Assembly: GCA_963664875.1 (NCBI GenBank)
Contig: OY761611.1
Span: 608,001 to 672,000 of the forward strand
DNA from: Candidatus Kapaibacterium sp.
GTDB taxonomy: Bacteria; Bacteroidota; Ignavibacteria; Kapaibacteriales; UBA2268
Reading direction: 5' to 3'
Length of the DNA: 64,000 nt
Below are positions 11,503-21,640 of this stretch, one piece after another. A program made the position numbers and the translations under genes. The number at the start of each line of letters is the position of its first letter. Positions within the stretch are counted from its first letter, which is position 1. Under the pieces are notes generated by a model. It worked only from the letters and a program-made list of their open reading frames with translations. It ran no database searches and was not told the origin of the DNA.

Positions 11503-11516
11503 TTGATATATATCAA
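11503..11516. promoter_or_regulatory. FNR/Crp-Fnr-type binding site upstream of the hydrogenase operon
   Basis: TTGAT-ATAT-ATCAA, a perfect match to TTGAT-N4-ATCAA. Confidence 0.6.
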
Positions 11517-11544
11517 GATAGACACTCTATTAATATCTTTAATC

Positions 11545-11570
11545 ATGCTATTAATCAAATTTAATAGCAT
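11545..11570. promoter_or_regulatory. Palindromic operator-like site upstream of the hydrogenase operon
   Basis: ATGCTATTAA-N6-TTAATAGCAT, perfect 10-bp arms. Confidence 0.45.
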
Positions 11571-11671
11571 TTATGCACTGATTTGGATTAGTTTTGTCGC
11601 ATAACACGCACACACATCAAAGTTATAAAAGAAAACAAATAAACATTTATTCTGGATTTCGGGAAGTTATT

Positions 11672-13858
11672 ATGGGAAACATACTTCAAACGTACGAGAA
11701 TCTAAAGAATAAGCTAGATCATGCATCAACAGATGTTGCTTCGCATGGCAAAATAGTTATTCAGGTAGGTTCCGCAACTTGTGAAAATGCAGCAGGAGCT
11801 CAAGTAGTTCGTTCTGAATTCGAAAAGCTTATCAAAGCAGCAAGCCGACAAGATATCATCATTAAACAAACCGGTTGTACCGGTAGATGCTCAGAAGAGC
11901 CTATTGTTGGTGTATTTATGCCAAATCAAATTGGTGTCAAATACGCACATGTTACTGTTGATAAAGTAGCTGAAATATTCCAGGAGCATATTTTAGGCAA
12001 AAAACCTGTCGCAAAACTTATGCTTGACAAAAAAACTGATGTGCTATACGACCACGTTGTTACTCTATGTGGTTCTTCTCATTGCAGAAATAAGTTTTAT
12101 GAAAGCTGGAACGCTACTTTTCAAAAGATTCTTTCTGAAAAAAATATTTCAGAAAGAGAAGTTAAAGTTATTTCCGGTGGTTGCATCGGTATGTGCCAAC
12201 ACGAAGACCATGACGAACATGGTGTGATGATGGTATATCCTGAAAATGTAATCTATCGCTTCCTAAACGAAGCTGAATTGGAAGACATTATTGAAACACA
12301 ATTTGTGAAAAAAGAAATTGCTACAAAACATATAGTCCATACAGACAAAATGGTAGAAGAATACTTCAAGTTTTATGGCGATGTTTCTTTCTTCAATAAA
12401 CAAACTAGAATAACTTTAAGAAATTGTGGTATAATCGATCCTGAATCTTTGGATGATTACGTTCACGCACAAGGTTTCGAAGCCTTAGCTAAAGTATTGG
12501 CTACCGGCAATCCTGAAGGTGTTATAAAAGAAGTAATCGACTCTGGTTTAAGAGGTCGCGGCGGTGGTGGTTTCCCTACCGGTTACAAATGGAATAACAC
12601 TCGCACTCTAAACCCAACTGATCCAATCAAGTATGTAATCTGTAATGCTGACGAAGGCGATCCGGGTGCATTCATGGACAGAAGTGCATTAGAAGGTGAT
12701 CCATTCAGCATTATCGAGGGTATGACTATTGGTGCTTATGCTATGGGAGCTTGCAAAGGTTACCTATACATACGTGCTGAGTATCCTCTTGCAATCGAAA
12801 GAATTGAAAATGCTATCAAAATTGCTCGCGAAAATAACTTACTTGGCAAAGATATCCTTGGCTCAGGTTATGATTTCGATTTGGAAATTCGCTTAGGAGC
12901 GGGAGCATTTGTATGTGGTGAAGAAACTGCTCTAATCCAGTCAATCGAAGGTAAACGCGGCCAACCAATAATGAGACCTCCTTACCCTTCAGAAAAAGGT
13001 CTTTGGGGACATCCGACTTCTATTAACAACGTAGAAACTTGGGCAAATATTCCGGCTCTAATGCTATACGGTGCAGATTGGTTCAAACGTATCGGTACAG
13101 AAGGCAGTAAAGGCACTAAAGTTTTTGCACTTGCCGGTAAAGTAAACAATACAGGTCTTGTTGAGGTACCAATGGGTACTACTCTTCGCGAGGTGATTTT
13201 CGACATAGGTGGCGGTGTACCAAATGGCAAACACTTGAAAGCTGTACAAACCGGTGGTCCTTCCGGCGGTTGTATCCCTTTCGATAAAATAGATACACCT
13301 GTAGATTACGAATCATTGAAGCAAATAGGTTCAATGATGGGTTCAGGTGGTATGATTGTACTTGACGAAACAGACTGTATGGTAAATACAGCTAAATTTT
13401 TCCTTGAATTTACAAAAGATGAGTCTTGCGGCAAATGTTTACCTTGCCGTGAAGGTACTTTAAGGATGCTTGAGATTCTTCAAAGAATCACAGATGGGCA
13501 TGGCGTAATCGAAGACCTTGATAAATTAGAAAGACTCGGAAACATGATTAAGAAAACTTCTCTTTGTGGTTTGGGTCAATCAGCTCCTAATCCGGTGCTT
13601 AGTGCGATTAAAAACTTCAGAGAAGAATTTGAAGCTCACATAGTGGACAAACGATGCCCAACTCAAACATGTCAAAAACTTATCAGCTATAATATTATTG
13701 CTGATAAATGTACAGGCTGTACTCTTTGTGCTCGTCGCTGTCCGGTTTCTTGTATCTCTGGTGCTAAGAAAATGCCACACACAATCATCCAAGAAGATTG
13801 TATCAAGTGCGGTGAATGTTTCAATTCTTGTAAATTCGATGCTATTGAAAAAATCTAA
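11672..13858 (+). CDS. hydB: [FeFe]-hydrogenase flavoprotein (HydB/NuoF-like) with an extra N-terminal thioredoxin-like ferredoxin (HydD/HndB-like) domain
   Basis: ATG 11672 preferred over TTG 11594; VGSATC...TGCTGRCSEEP domain, second CGSSHC...GGCIGMC domain, GRGGGGFP, NADEGDPGAFMDR, GAFVCGEETAL, GGPSGG, CGKCLPCREG, C-terminal 2x[4Fe-4S]. Confidence 0.9.
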   Translation: MGNILQTYENLKNKLDHASTDVASHGKIVIQVGSATCENAAGAQVVRSEFEKLIKAASRQDIIIKQTGCTGRCSEEPIVGVFMPNQIGVKYAHVTVDKVAEIFQEHILGKKPVAKLMLDKKTDVLYDHVVTLCGSSHCRNKFYESWNATFQKILSEKNISEREVKVISGGCIGMCQHEDHDEHGVMMVYPENVIYRFLNEAELEDIIETQFVKKEIATKHIVHTDKMVEEYFKFYGDVSFFNKQTRITLRNCGIIDPESLDDYVHAQGFEALAKVLATGNPEGVIKEVIDSGLRGRGGGGFPTGYKWNNTRTLNPTDPIKYVICNADEGDPGAFMDRSALEGDPFSIIEGMTIGAYAMGACKGYLYIRAEYPLAIERIENAIKIARENNLLGKDILGSGYDFDLEIRLGAGAFVCGEETALIQSIEGKRGQPIMRPPYPSEKGLWGHPTSINNVETWANIPALMLYGADWFKRIGTEGSKGTKVFALAGKVNNTGLVEVPMGTTLREVIFDIGGGVPNGKHLKAVQTGGPSGGCIPFDKIDTPVDYESLKQIGSMMGSGGMIVLDETDCMVNTAKFFLEFTKDESCGKCLPCREGTLRMLEILQRITDGHGVIEDLDKLERLGNMIKKTSLCGLGQSAPNPVLSAIKNFREEFEAHIVDKRCPTQTCQKLISYNIIADKCTGCTLCARRCPVSCISGAKKMPHTIIQEDCIKCGECFNSCKFDAIEKI

Positions 13859-13891
13859 CAATTTTCAGGCATAAAAGGAGAAATATTTAAA

Positions 13892-15661
13892 ATGTTAGAA
13901 ATGAAAAAAGTAAATGCTATAATAGATAATATCCCTGTTACTGTAAACGAGGGTACTACTATAATGGAAGCAGCTGACCAAATTGGTCATCATGTTCCGA
14001 GACTTTGCTACCACCCTCATATTTCTACTGAGGGTGCTTGTAGGATTTGCGTTGTTGAAGTTGAAGGTCGCCCAAGTTATATCCCTTCTTGTGCTACACC
14101 TTTAACTGAAGGCATGGTAATTAAAACCAACTCTCCTGAATTACATCAAATCAGAAGAGACTTGGTAGAACTTATGTTAAATAACCACCCAAGTTCTTGT
14201 TTGACTTGCGAAAGAGACGGTAACTGTGAGTTACAAAACCTTGCATACAAACTTGGTGTGAGAGACAGATTATTCGAAGGTAGCCGCAAACGTTACGAAA
14301 TAGATAAATCTTCTCCATCTGTGCTTCGCAATCCTGAAAAATGCGTTTTATGCCGTAGATGTATCAGAGTTTGTTCTGAAGTTCAGGGCGTGAACAACCT
14401 TAGCCAGCTTTATAGAGGTGTTGACACAGTAGTTGCACCTGCTTTTAATAACAATATGATTGATTCAATCTGTATCAATTGTGGCCAATGTATAAACGTT
14501 TGTCCGACAGGTGCATTTTTAGCTAAAGATGACACTGACAGAGTATGGGAAGCTCTCAACGATAAAACTAAACATGTTGTTGTTCAAACTGCACCTGCAA
14601 TCCGTGCTGCTATCGGCGAAGGCTTTGGAATGCAACAGGGCGTAGCTGCAACAGGTCAAACTGTAACCGCACTAAGAAGATTGGGATTTGATGCGATATT
14701 TGATACTAACTTTGCAGCTGATCTAACAATAATGGAAGAGGCTACGGAGTTTTTACACAGATTCCAAAACGGTGGAGCTTTACCTCTTATAACTTCTTGC
14801 TCTCCGGGTTGGGTTAAGTTTTTGGAACATTTCTACCCAGAATTTATTCCAAATACTTCTACTTGTCGCTCCCCTATGCAAATGTTGTCTTCGTTGACTA
14901 AGTCATTTTATGCTGAAAAAATGGGTATCAATCCTGAAGATATTTATGTAGTAGCTATAATGCCATGTACTGCTAAAAAGTTCGAAGCTATCAGACCTGA
15001 GCATGTAACAGAATCAGGCTTGCCATTGACTGACGCAGTATTGACTACACGCGAGCTTATTTGGATGATAAAAGCTTATGGTATCGATTTTGTAAATCTA
15101 CCGGAATCTGATTTTGACTCCCCTATGGGATACTCTACTGGTGCCGGCGACATTTTCGGTTCAACAGGCGGCGTTATGGAAGCAGCATTGCGTACAGCTT
15201 ATGAAACTATTACAGGCGAATCAAGCGACGATATAGAATATAAAGAAGTAAGAGCTGTTGAGGGCTTGAGAGAAGCTTCTTTAGACATAAACGGTATTAC
15301 AGTTAATGTAGCAGTTGCAAATGGTCTAAACAATGCAAAAACTATATTAGAAAAAGTAAAACGCGGCGAAAAAGAATATCATATTATCGAAATCATGGCT
15401 TGTCCTGGTGGATGTGTAGCAGGTGGTGGTCAGCCTTTGACTGATGCTGGCAAATACGTATATCCAATGGATCCAATGATGATTAGAAAACGCCAGGAAG
15501 CTCTTTACAACATCGATAAAAACAAAGAAATTCGTAAATCTCATGAAAATCCTTATGTTCAAGAGCTTTACAAAAATTATCTGGGTGAAATCGGTGGCGA
15601 AAAAGCTCACAAGTTATTACATACTCACTATCACGAAAGAACTCCAAGGGGGATCAAATAA
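13892..15661 (+). CDS. hydA: [FeFe]-hydrogenase catalytic subunit (group A3-like)
   Basis: [2Fe-2S], His-ligated and 2x[4Fe-4S] domains; H-cluster motifs TSCSPGW, MPCTAKKFE, EIMACPGGCVAGGGQP; RKSHENP; AAGGAG SD upstream. Confidence 0.95.
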   Translation: MLEMKKVNAIIDNIPVTVNEGTTIMEAADQIGHHVPRLCYHPHISTEGACRICVVEVEGRPSYIPSCATPLTEGMVIKTNSPELHQIRRDLVELMLNNHPSSCLTCERDGNCELQNLAYKLGVRDRLFEGSRKRYEIDKSSPSVLRNPEKCVLCRRCIRVCSEVQGVNNLSQLYRGVDTVVAPAFNNNMIDSICINCGQCINVCPTGAFLAKDDTDRVWEALNDKTKHVVVQTAPAIRAAIGEGFGMQQGVAATGQTVTALRRLGFDAIFDTNFAADLTIMEEATEFLHRFQNGGALPLITSCSPGWVKFLEHFYPEFIPNTSTCRSPMQMLSSLTKSFYAEKMGINPEDIYVVAIMPCTAKKFEAIRPEHVTESGLPLTDAVLTTRELIWMIKAYGIDFVNLPESDFDSPMGYSTGAGDIFGSTGGVMEAALRTAYETITGESSDDIEYKEVRAVEGLREASLDINGITVNVAVANGLNNAKTILEKVKRGEKEYHIIEIMACPGGCVAGGGQPLTDAGKYVYPMDPMMIRKRQEALYNIDKNKEIRKSHENPYVQELYKNYLGEIGGEKAHKLLHTHYHERTPRGIK

Positions 15662-16158
15662 TGGAAATCAGCAAAATGCCTATCACTTTAGATAAGGATA
15701 TTGTAGAATATATTGAAGAAGTAAAACAGTTAGAGCATCCTGAAAGTTATTTGATTTCTGTTTTACATAAAGTGCAAAGTAGATACGGCTATCTACAGCA
15801 AATACATATGGAAGAAGTTGCTCACTTATTACAAGTTCCAACAGCTACTGTAAGCGGTGTTGCTACATTTTATCATTTCTTCCGATTGAAACCTAAGGGC
15901 AAATACTCAATATCTATCTGCCTTGGTACAGCCTGCTTCGTTAAAGGTGCTAACCTCGTATTAGATGCTTTTAGAAACGAACTTGGTATCGAAATCGGTG
16001 AAACAACCAGCGATGGAATGTTCTCTATAGAAGGTACAAGATGTATTGGTGTTTGTGCATTAGCACCTGTAGTTACTATAAATGAAAAAGTTTATAGTCA
16101 GGTTACAGCAACTCAGGTAAACGAAATACTACATAAAATAAAAGCTGAAGACAAGTAA
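15661..16158 (+). CDS. hydC: [FeFe]-hydrogenase [2Fe-2S] subunit (HydC/NuoE-like)
   Basis: VATFY, CLGTAC and CIGVC ligands; TAATG overlap with hydA. Confidence 0.92.
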   Translation: MEISKMPITLDKDIVEYIEEVKQLEHPESYLISVLHKVQSRYGYLQQIHMEEVAHLLQVPTATVSGVATFYHFFRLKPKGKYSISICLGTACFVKGANLVLDAFRNELGIEIGETTSDGMFSIEGTRCIGVCALAPVVTINEKVYSQVTATQVNEILHKIKAEDK

Positions 16159-16179
16159 ATTCGCTTTTACTATTAACTT

Positions 16180-16214
16180 AAAGGCTGCCTATAATTTTAT
16201 AAGCAGCCTTTTTT
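16180..16214 (+). terminator. Intrinsic terminator between hydC and the convergent MCP
   Basis: AAAGGCTGC / GCAGCCTTT stem plus T-run. Confidence 0.75.
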
Positions 16215-16241
16215 GTTTTTGTTTACAGTTTGCTAAATGAA

Positions 16242-19200
16242 CTAATCCCAGATATCATTATTGTCAGCAAGCATATTTCTTTCTCTGCTAACGTTAGAGT
16301 GCTGGAGTTTGTTTTTGTTAGAAGCACCACGTATTTTGAAGTTTGAAACAAGTTCTGTTAGATTTCGAGTCAGACCTGTTAAATCATCAGAAGACTGTGC
16401 AATGCTTTCGATGCTCTGAGCTGACTCATTTGTAGCGATAGAAATCGTATTGATGTTTTTAGATATTTCTTCGCTCGTTGCAGCCTGTTCTTCAGAAGAA
16501 GCTGCTATCGAGTTAATCATTTGAAGTACGTTTTTGGTACTATTTACAACTTCCTGCAATGCAACCCCTGCATTATCAGCTAAGCTAATACCTTCAGATA
16601 CTTCTTCATTACCTTTGTGCATTACATGAACTGCTTCAGAAGTCTCAGCCTGTATTCCTTTTATCATTGTTGAAATTTGCTTAGTTGCTTCTGTAGTTCT
16701 TTCTGCAAGTTTTCTTACTTCATCAGCCACCACAGCAAAGCCTCTACCCTGCTCACCGGCTCTTGCAGCTTCGATAGCAGCATTAAGGGCAAGCAAGTTA
16801 GTCTGGTCTGCAATTTCTTCGATTACGGAAATAATCTCACCAATTTGAGTAGATGACTGCCCCAATCTTTCTATATTTTTAGCAGACTGATTTACAACTT
16901 CTGCAATTTCTCTCATCTTGTTAATAGTATTTTCTACAACATGTCCACCTTCTTCTGCAATTTTGCCGTTATTATTCGCGTATTCGGCAGTAGTAGCAGC
17001 GTTAGTTGAGTTTTCAGTTATAGTTCTTGCCATTTCTTCCATAGCAGCAGCTACTTCGTCAACCTGACTGCTTTGTTCGTGTGACGCAGCAGAAATTGTA
17101 TCTGTTGTTTGTGAAATGGAGATGGCAGACTGTGCAACATTATTTGCAGCTTCACTTATTTCATAAACTAAGTTATTTAGAGCCTCAACTAAGCTGTTAA
17201 TAGAGGATTTCAGTTTAGCATGATCACCTTTGTAGTTCCCCTCCATGGAATGAGTAAAATCACCTTTGGACATCACTTCAAGAATTTGCATTGCTTCATT
17301 GATAGGCTTGATTATTGAATCTAAAATTAGATTAATACCTTCTGTAATATTTTTCCAAGTACCCGGATATTTTTCTGTATTTATTCTCGTCGATAGTTTT
17401 CCTTCAACTGCAGCATTTGCTGTAAGAGCAATGTCAGAAGTAACGTTATTCATAAACTCAGCAACTTTGTTAATATTTGAAGTAAGTTCTTTGAATCCAC
17501 CTTTGTAGTCCTTAGTATCAATTAGAGCTAAATCTTTGCCTGAAGCTATATTTGCAAAATAATCCATAGATAAATTAAGAGGTGAAACAAATGATTCTAC
17601 TACATCATTCAAACCTTTCATCACATTTTGATATTCACCTTCAAACTTATTTATATCTGCCCTAATGTCAAAATTACCTTCTGAAGATTCTTTGGCTACT
17701 TTTACAACTTCTGTAGTTAAGCTGATTATAGCTTGAATCATTTTTGTAGCTGCTGGGCTTAATTCGTCATAATCAGATTTCTTAGGCGTATCTTCCAGTA
17801 CTTTTAGAATTGCAAAATTACCTTCACTAATTTGTTTAAATCCAACAGTTATAGTACCAAATGCTTCTATAATTAAGGCTATTGCCTTGCTTAATCGCAT
17901 CCAGTCACCTTTGTAATCATCTCTCGGAAGATTCCTAAGGTCATAAACTGCCACTCTTTCTAATAAATCAACAAACTCGGCTATAGGGATAGATGCATTT
18001 TCCAACATAGAATTAGCACCTTTGATAATATCCTGCCACCCACCTTCAAATTGGGAATAGCTCGCTCTAATATCCAAATGACCTTCAGCAGCAGCATTTG
18101 CAAGAATATCTAATTCCTTCTGTACATTTAATAGATTGTTTCGGAATTTATTGACTCTTTGAGTTGCAATTATTCTCTGACCTTTTAAATCTTCCATTAC
18201 TAAAGCGAAATTTCCTTTACCGTACTCATCTATCACATCAAGTATTCTTAAAATGCCTGCAATATGATCTTTAACAGTATCATTCATTCCTTTTGCCATT
18301 GACCCAAATACACCCATGTATTTTTCTTCTTGCATAAAAACATCAATCTGACCATTAATATGTTGTGAGGACATATGTGTCATGTCTTTGATGAAGAAAT
18401 TGAGAGTGTCTATCATTGTATTTAAGTTATTCTTAAGCTCGTTAAAATCACCTTGGTAATCATCTTCAATTTTTGGAGGTATGTCTCCTTTTGAGATTCT
18501 GTCAACGTATTCTGCACTAACATTTAAAGGATGAATTACTGCATCAAGTGTCTTATTTAGACCTGCAATCATCTCTTTAAATGCACCTTCATATTGCTCT
18601 TCTTGAGCACGCCTGTCTAAGTTGCCAAGATTCATTTGGGTACTTAGTTCGTTGACCTCTTTGACTACATTTTCAATATTGTATTTGACCTGATTGACTA
18701 CATCATTTGCAAGAGCCTGTTTGCCCGGGAATTGTCTCATTAAGACAGAGAAATCACCGTTTGAGTATTTACTCACTACATTCAGTATTTCTTTGATTGC
18801 ATCAACATAAATTTCAACAGCTTCATTACTTCCCCTTGCCATTTTTGCAAAATCACCATTGAATTTGTTAGGATCTATTTTGCAATCTAAATCACCTTTT
18901 TTGTGTTCATCTATAAATACAGCAATGTCATTTATATATAAATTCAAGCTATCGATAAGCTGATTTATATTGTTTTTAATTTCATTGAAGTCGCCTTTGT
19001 ACTCATCCGCTATTTTTACAGGAATATCCCCTTTTGAAATTCTGTCAACGTACTCAGCTGTAACATTCAAAGGTTTGATGATTTCATTAAGAGTTCCGTT
19101 AAAGCCATCTATGATATCAGCAAATTTTCCGGAAAATTTATTAGAATTACCTCGGATATCTAATTTCCCGTTAGATGCAGCATTTGTAAGAACTCCTATT

Positions 19201-20006
19201 TCATCAGTAAGTGAAACAAGAACTGATTTCATATCAGCAAATGCTCCGGAAAGTTTACCCAATTCATCTTGGTTCGTATTTGAAATCTCGAAAGATACAT
19301 CACCCAAAGATACTTTTTCTGCAAGACTTACCAACTCTTTTACAGGTTTTGCTACTTGAGAACGAATAATATAACTTAGCACAATAATGATAACAGCAAG
19401 TATTATCAATAGAGAAATCAACACTTCCATATTAATTGCTGACATTTGTGCATCTATATCATCTATATAAATCCCGGTACCTACATATAGTCCCCAAGGC
19501 TCGAATAAATGCAAATATGTAAGTTTGGGTTGTACTTCATCGAGAGGAGGTTTTTTAAAATAATATTTAATAAAAGCTTCTTCTCCTGCATCGATTTTAT
19601 CTATACCACTCTGGAGATGATGGAAACCTCTTTCATCTACATAGTCTTTTATTACCTTCCCTTCATTTTGTTTTTTATATCCATGCATCAGCATATGATC
19701 TCTATCAAAAATAAAGTAATAATTCACAGAGTCGTATCTAAATGATCTGATTCTTTCGAATGCTCTTGTTCTTGCATCTTCTTCCGAAAGCTCACCACTT
19801 TTATATCTCTCGTAGTACTGTTTTATCATCGAAACAGGAGTGGAAACCATATTTTTAAGGAAGTACTCTTTTTCTTTCATCATATTTGCTTCAAGCCCCG
19901 GAAGCAAAAGAGCCTCAAAATATATTATTAACAATCCAAGTGATAAAATCACAGGGATAAACACTTTGTAGAAAATAGGCAGATTTTTGTAGCTAAACTT
20001 AATCAT
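16242..20006 (-). CDS. Methyl-accepting chemotaxis protein: single Cache sensor, poly-HAMP array, signalling domain
   Basis: ATG 20006 (MIKFS) preferred; TM-sCache (RY...[14 protein letters not shown])-TM, repeated HAMP units, [38 protein letters not shown]. Confidence 0.93.
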   Translation of the reverse strand: MIKFSYKNLPIFYKVFIPVILSLGLLIIYFEALLLPGLEANMMKEKEYFLKNMVSTPVSMIKQYYERYKSGELSEEDARTRAFERIRSFRYDSVNYYFIFDRDHMLMHGYKKQNEGKVIKDYVDERGFHHLQSGIDKIDAGEEAFIKYYFKKPPLDEVQPKLTYLHLFEPWGLYVGTGIYIDDIDAQMSAINMEVLISLLIILAVIIIVLSYIIRSQVAKPVKELVSLAEKVSLGDVSFEISNTNQDELGKLSGAFADMKSVLVSLTDEIGVLTNAASNGKLDIRGNSNKFSGKFADIIDGFNGTLNEIIKPLNVTAEYVDRISKGDIPVKIADEYKGDFNEIKNNINQLIDSLNLYINDIAVFIDEHKKGDLDCKIDPNKFNGDFAKMARGSNEAVEIYVDAIKEILNVVSKYSNGDFSVLMRQFPGKQALANDVVNQVKYNIENVVKEVNELSTQMNLGNLDRRAQEEQYEGAFKEMIAGLNKTLDAVIHPLNVSAEYVDRISKGDIPPKIEDDYQGDFNELKNNLNTMIDTLNFFIKDMTHMSSQHINGQIDVFMQEEKYMGVFGSMAKGMNDTVKDHIAGILRILDVIDEYGKGNFALVMEDLKGQRIIATQRVNKFRNNLLNVQKELDILANAAAEGHLDIRASYSQFEGGWQDIIKGANSMLENASIPIAEFVDLLERVAVYDLRNLPRDDYKGDWMRLSKAIALIIEAFGTITVGFKQISEGNFAILKVLEDTPKKSDYDELSPAATKMIQAIISLTTEVVKVAKESSEGNFDIRADINKFEGEYQNVMKGLNDVVESFVSPLNLSMDYFANIASGKDLALIDTKDYKGGFKELTSNINKVAEFMNNVTSDIALTANAAVEGKLSTRINTEKYPGTWKNITEGINLILDSIIKPINEAMQILEVMSKGDFTHSMEGNYKGDHAKLKSSINSLVEALNNLVYEISEAANNVAQSAISISQTTDTISAASHEQSSQVDEVAAAMEEMARTITENSTNAATTAEYANNNGKIAEEGGHVVENTINKMREIAEVVNQSAKNIERLGQSSTQIGEIISVIEEIADQTNLLALNAAIEAARAGEQGRGFAVVADEVRKLAERTTEATKQISTMIKGIQAETSEAVHVMHKGNEEVSEGISLADNAGVALQEVVNSTKNVLQMINSIAASSEEQAATSEEISKNINTISIATNESAQSIESIAQSSDDLTGLTRNLTELVSNFKIRGASNKNKLQHSNVSRERNMLADNNDIWD

Positions 20007-20080
20007 AACACACCCTAATTTAGTCGAAAGTTTGTATGAATATAAAAGCGAACGTAAACTACTTTTATTGCCAAATATCC

Positions 20081-20127
20081 AAAAAAACAAAGACTCAGGC
20101 AATAACATTCAGCATGAGTCTTTGTTT
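20081..20127 (-). terminator. Intrinsic terminator after xth
   Basis: AAACAAAGACTCA / TGAGTCTTTGTTT inverted repeat; the adjacent A-run is a U-tract on the minus strand. Confidence 0.7.
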
Positions 20128-20163
20128 ATCATAATTCTCTAATATTTAAGACGAATAGCTATA

Positions 20164-20967
20164 CTATTTTAGTTCGATTACAATAGGGCAATGATCGGAA
20201 CCTTTGATATCCGGTTGATGGTATGAATTAATTATTTTATCCTTTAAGCCGGGCGTTATCATATGGTAATCTATTCTCCAGCCAACGTTATTCTCTCTTG
20301 CTCCACCTCGATTGCTCCACCAGGTATATTGATCACCTTCCTGATTAAATAGCCTAAAACTATCTATATATCCATGCTCTATCATCCAATCTAATTTTAC
20401 TCTTTCTTCAGGCAAGAATCCGGAATTCTTTTCATTCTCTTTTGGTCTGGCAAGGTCTATTGGCTTATGTGCTGTGTTATAGTCTCCACAGATAATAAGC
20501 TCTTTGCCTTTTTTACGCAATTCTTCAAAATGAGCAAACACTGCGTCGTAAAACTCTAATTTGTAGTCTATTCTATCTTGACCTGAAGTACCATTGGGGA
20601 AATAAATATTAAAAAGAACAAAGTCTTCAAACTCAGTAGCAATGATTCTACCCTCTTCATCAAACTTTTCAATTCCTATTTCAGTATAGACATTTATTGG
20701 CTCAGTTTTGCTGTAAGTAACAACACCACTGTAACCTTTTTTGCGTCTGCATGAGTGGAAATATCCTTTATATCCCTCAGGATATCGCAAATTTTCTTCT
20801 ATCTGATCCGGCTCTGATTTAGTTTCCTGGATACAAATAATATCAGGTTGTTCTTGTTCTATGTATTGATGGAGATAGTTTTTCTTATAAGTTTTACCAA
20901 ATTTTGTTCTGGCATTTTGTCCTATTACGGATCTAATACCGTTAACATTCCAGCTTATTATCTTCAT
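20164..20967 (-). CDS. xth: Exodeoxyribonuclease III / AP endonuclease
   Basis: SWNVNGIR, QETK, YFPNG, GDYN.AH, WRIDY, GSDHCP. Confidence 0.95.
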   Translation of the reverse strand: MKIISWNVNGIRSVIGQNARTKFGKTYKKNYLHQYIEQEQPDIICIQETKSEPDQIEENLRYPEGYKGYFHSCRRKKGYSGVVTYSKTEPINVYTEIGIEKFDEEGRIIATEFEDFVLFNIYFPNGTSGQDRIDYKLEFYDAVFAHFEELRKKGKELIICGDYNTAHKPIDLARPKENEKNSGFLPEERVKLDWMIEHGYIDSFRLFNQEGDQYTWWSNRGGARENNVGWRIDYHMITPGLKDKIINSYHQPDIKGSDHCPIVIELK

Positions 20968-20977
20968 TACTTTTCCT

Positions 20978-21640
20978 CTAAAATAATGTGTTCTCTATAT
21001 TTTCTATTAACTCAATACTATCTAAAGAAGTATCTTGGATTCTATCTGATACTCTGTGGGTACTCAATTCATTACTCGGATATGGAGTAAAAATATTTGA
21101 ATTTAAAATCTCTTCTTTAGTTGATTTTAGCCATTGTTCCGCATTATTAGGATCTAATATCACCGGCATTCTATTGTGGATTTTTTTAATCAAATCATTT
21201 GGCTCTGTTGTTAGTATCGTTACAGAATTTATGGTCTTCTCTTCGAAACTTACCGAATCGCAAATGCCTGCAAAAAAGATAGTCTTATCCTTTTTGTGTT
21301 TGATAAAATGAGGAATGCGATGTCTGCCGATTTTCTGCCACTCATAAAATCCTGTTGCAGGAATCAAACATCTATTCCTAAAAGCATTTCTGAAACTTGG
21401 CTTTTCGTGTGCTGTTTCGCATCGGGCATTGTATAATTTGCTACCAATTGTCAAATCTTTAGACCAATGAGGTATCAGACCCCAAATCATATTTTTCACC
21501 TCGTATTTAGAATCGAGGGTACTAATTTCCATTCCCGGTGAAAAATTATAAGAGATTTTTAGGGTATTGTCTCTGTCAATAATTTTTATTTCTTCTACAT
21601 TGTTATCTATTTTTGGGGCGAAAGCAAATCTACCACACAT
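20978..21640 (-). CDS. SOS response-associated peptidase (SRAP; YedK/HMCES-like abasic-site crosslinking protein)
   Basis: N-terminal MCGRF, WGLIP.W, NAR.ET, RCLIPA.GFYEW, IH.RMPVIL. Confidence 0.92.
   Translation of the reverse strand: MCGRFAFAPKIDNNVEEIKIIDRDNTLKISYNFSPGMEISTLDSKYEVKNMIWGLIPHWSKDLTIGSKLYNARCETAHEKPSFRNAFRNRCLIPATGFYEWQKIGRHRIPHFIKHKKDKTIFFAGICDSVSFEEKTINSVTILTTEPNDLIKKIHNRMPVILDPNNAEQWLKSTKEEILNSNIFTPYPSNELSTHRVSDRIQDTSLDSIELIENIENTLF

Noticed and set aside
11594-11671. Long N-terminal extensions called by the ORF track (hydB TTG 11594, MCP 20108, VOC 23104, psd 36501)
   Set aside because: They run through regulatory DNA, terminators or neighbouring genes; downstream ATGs fit the family N-termini better.
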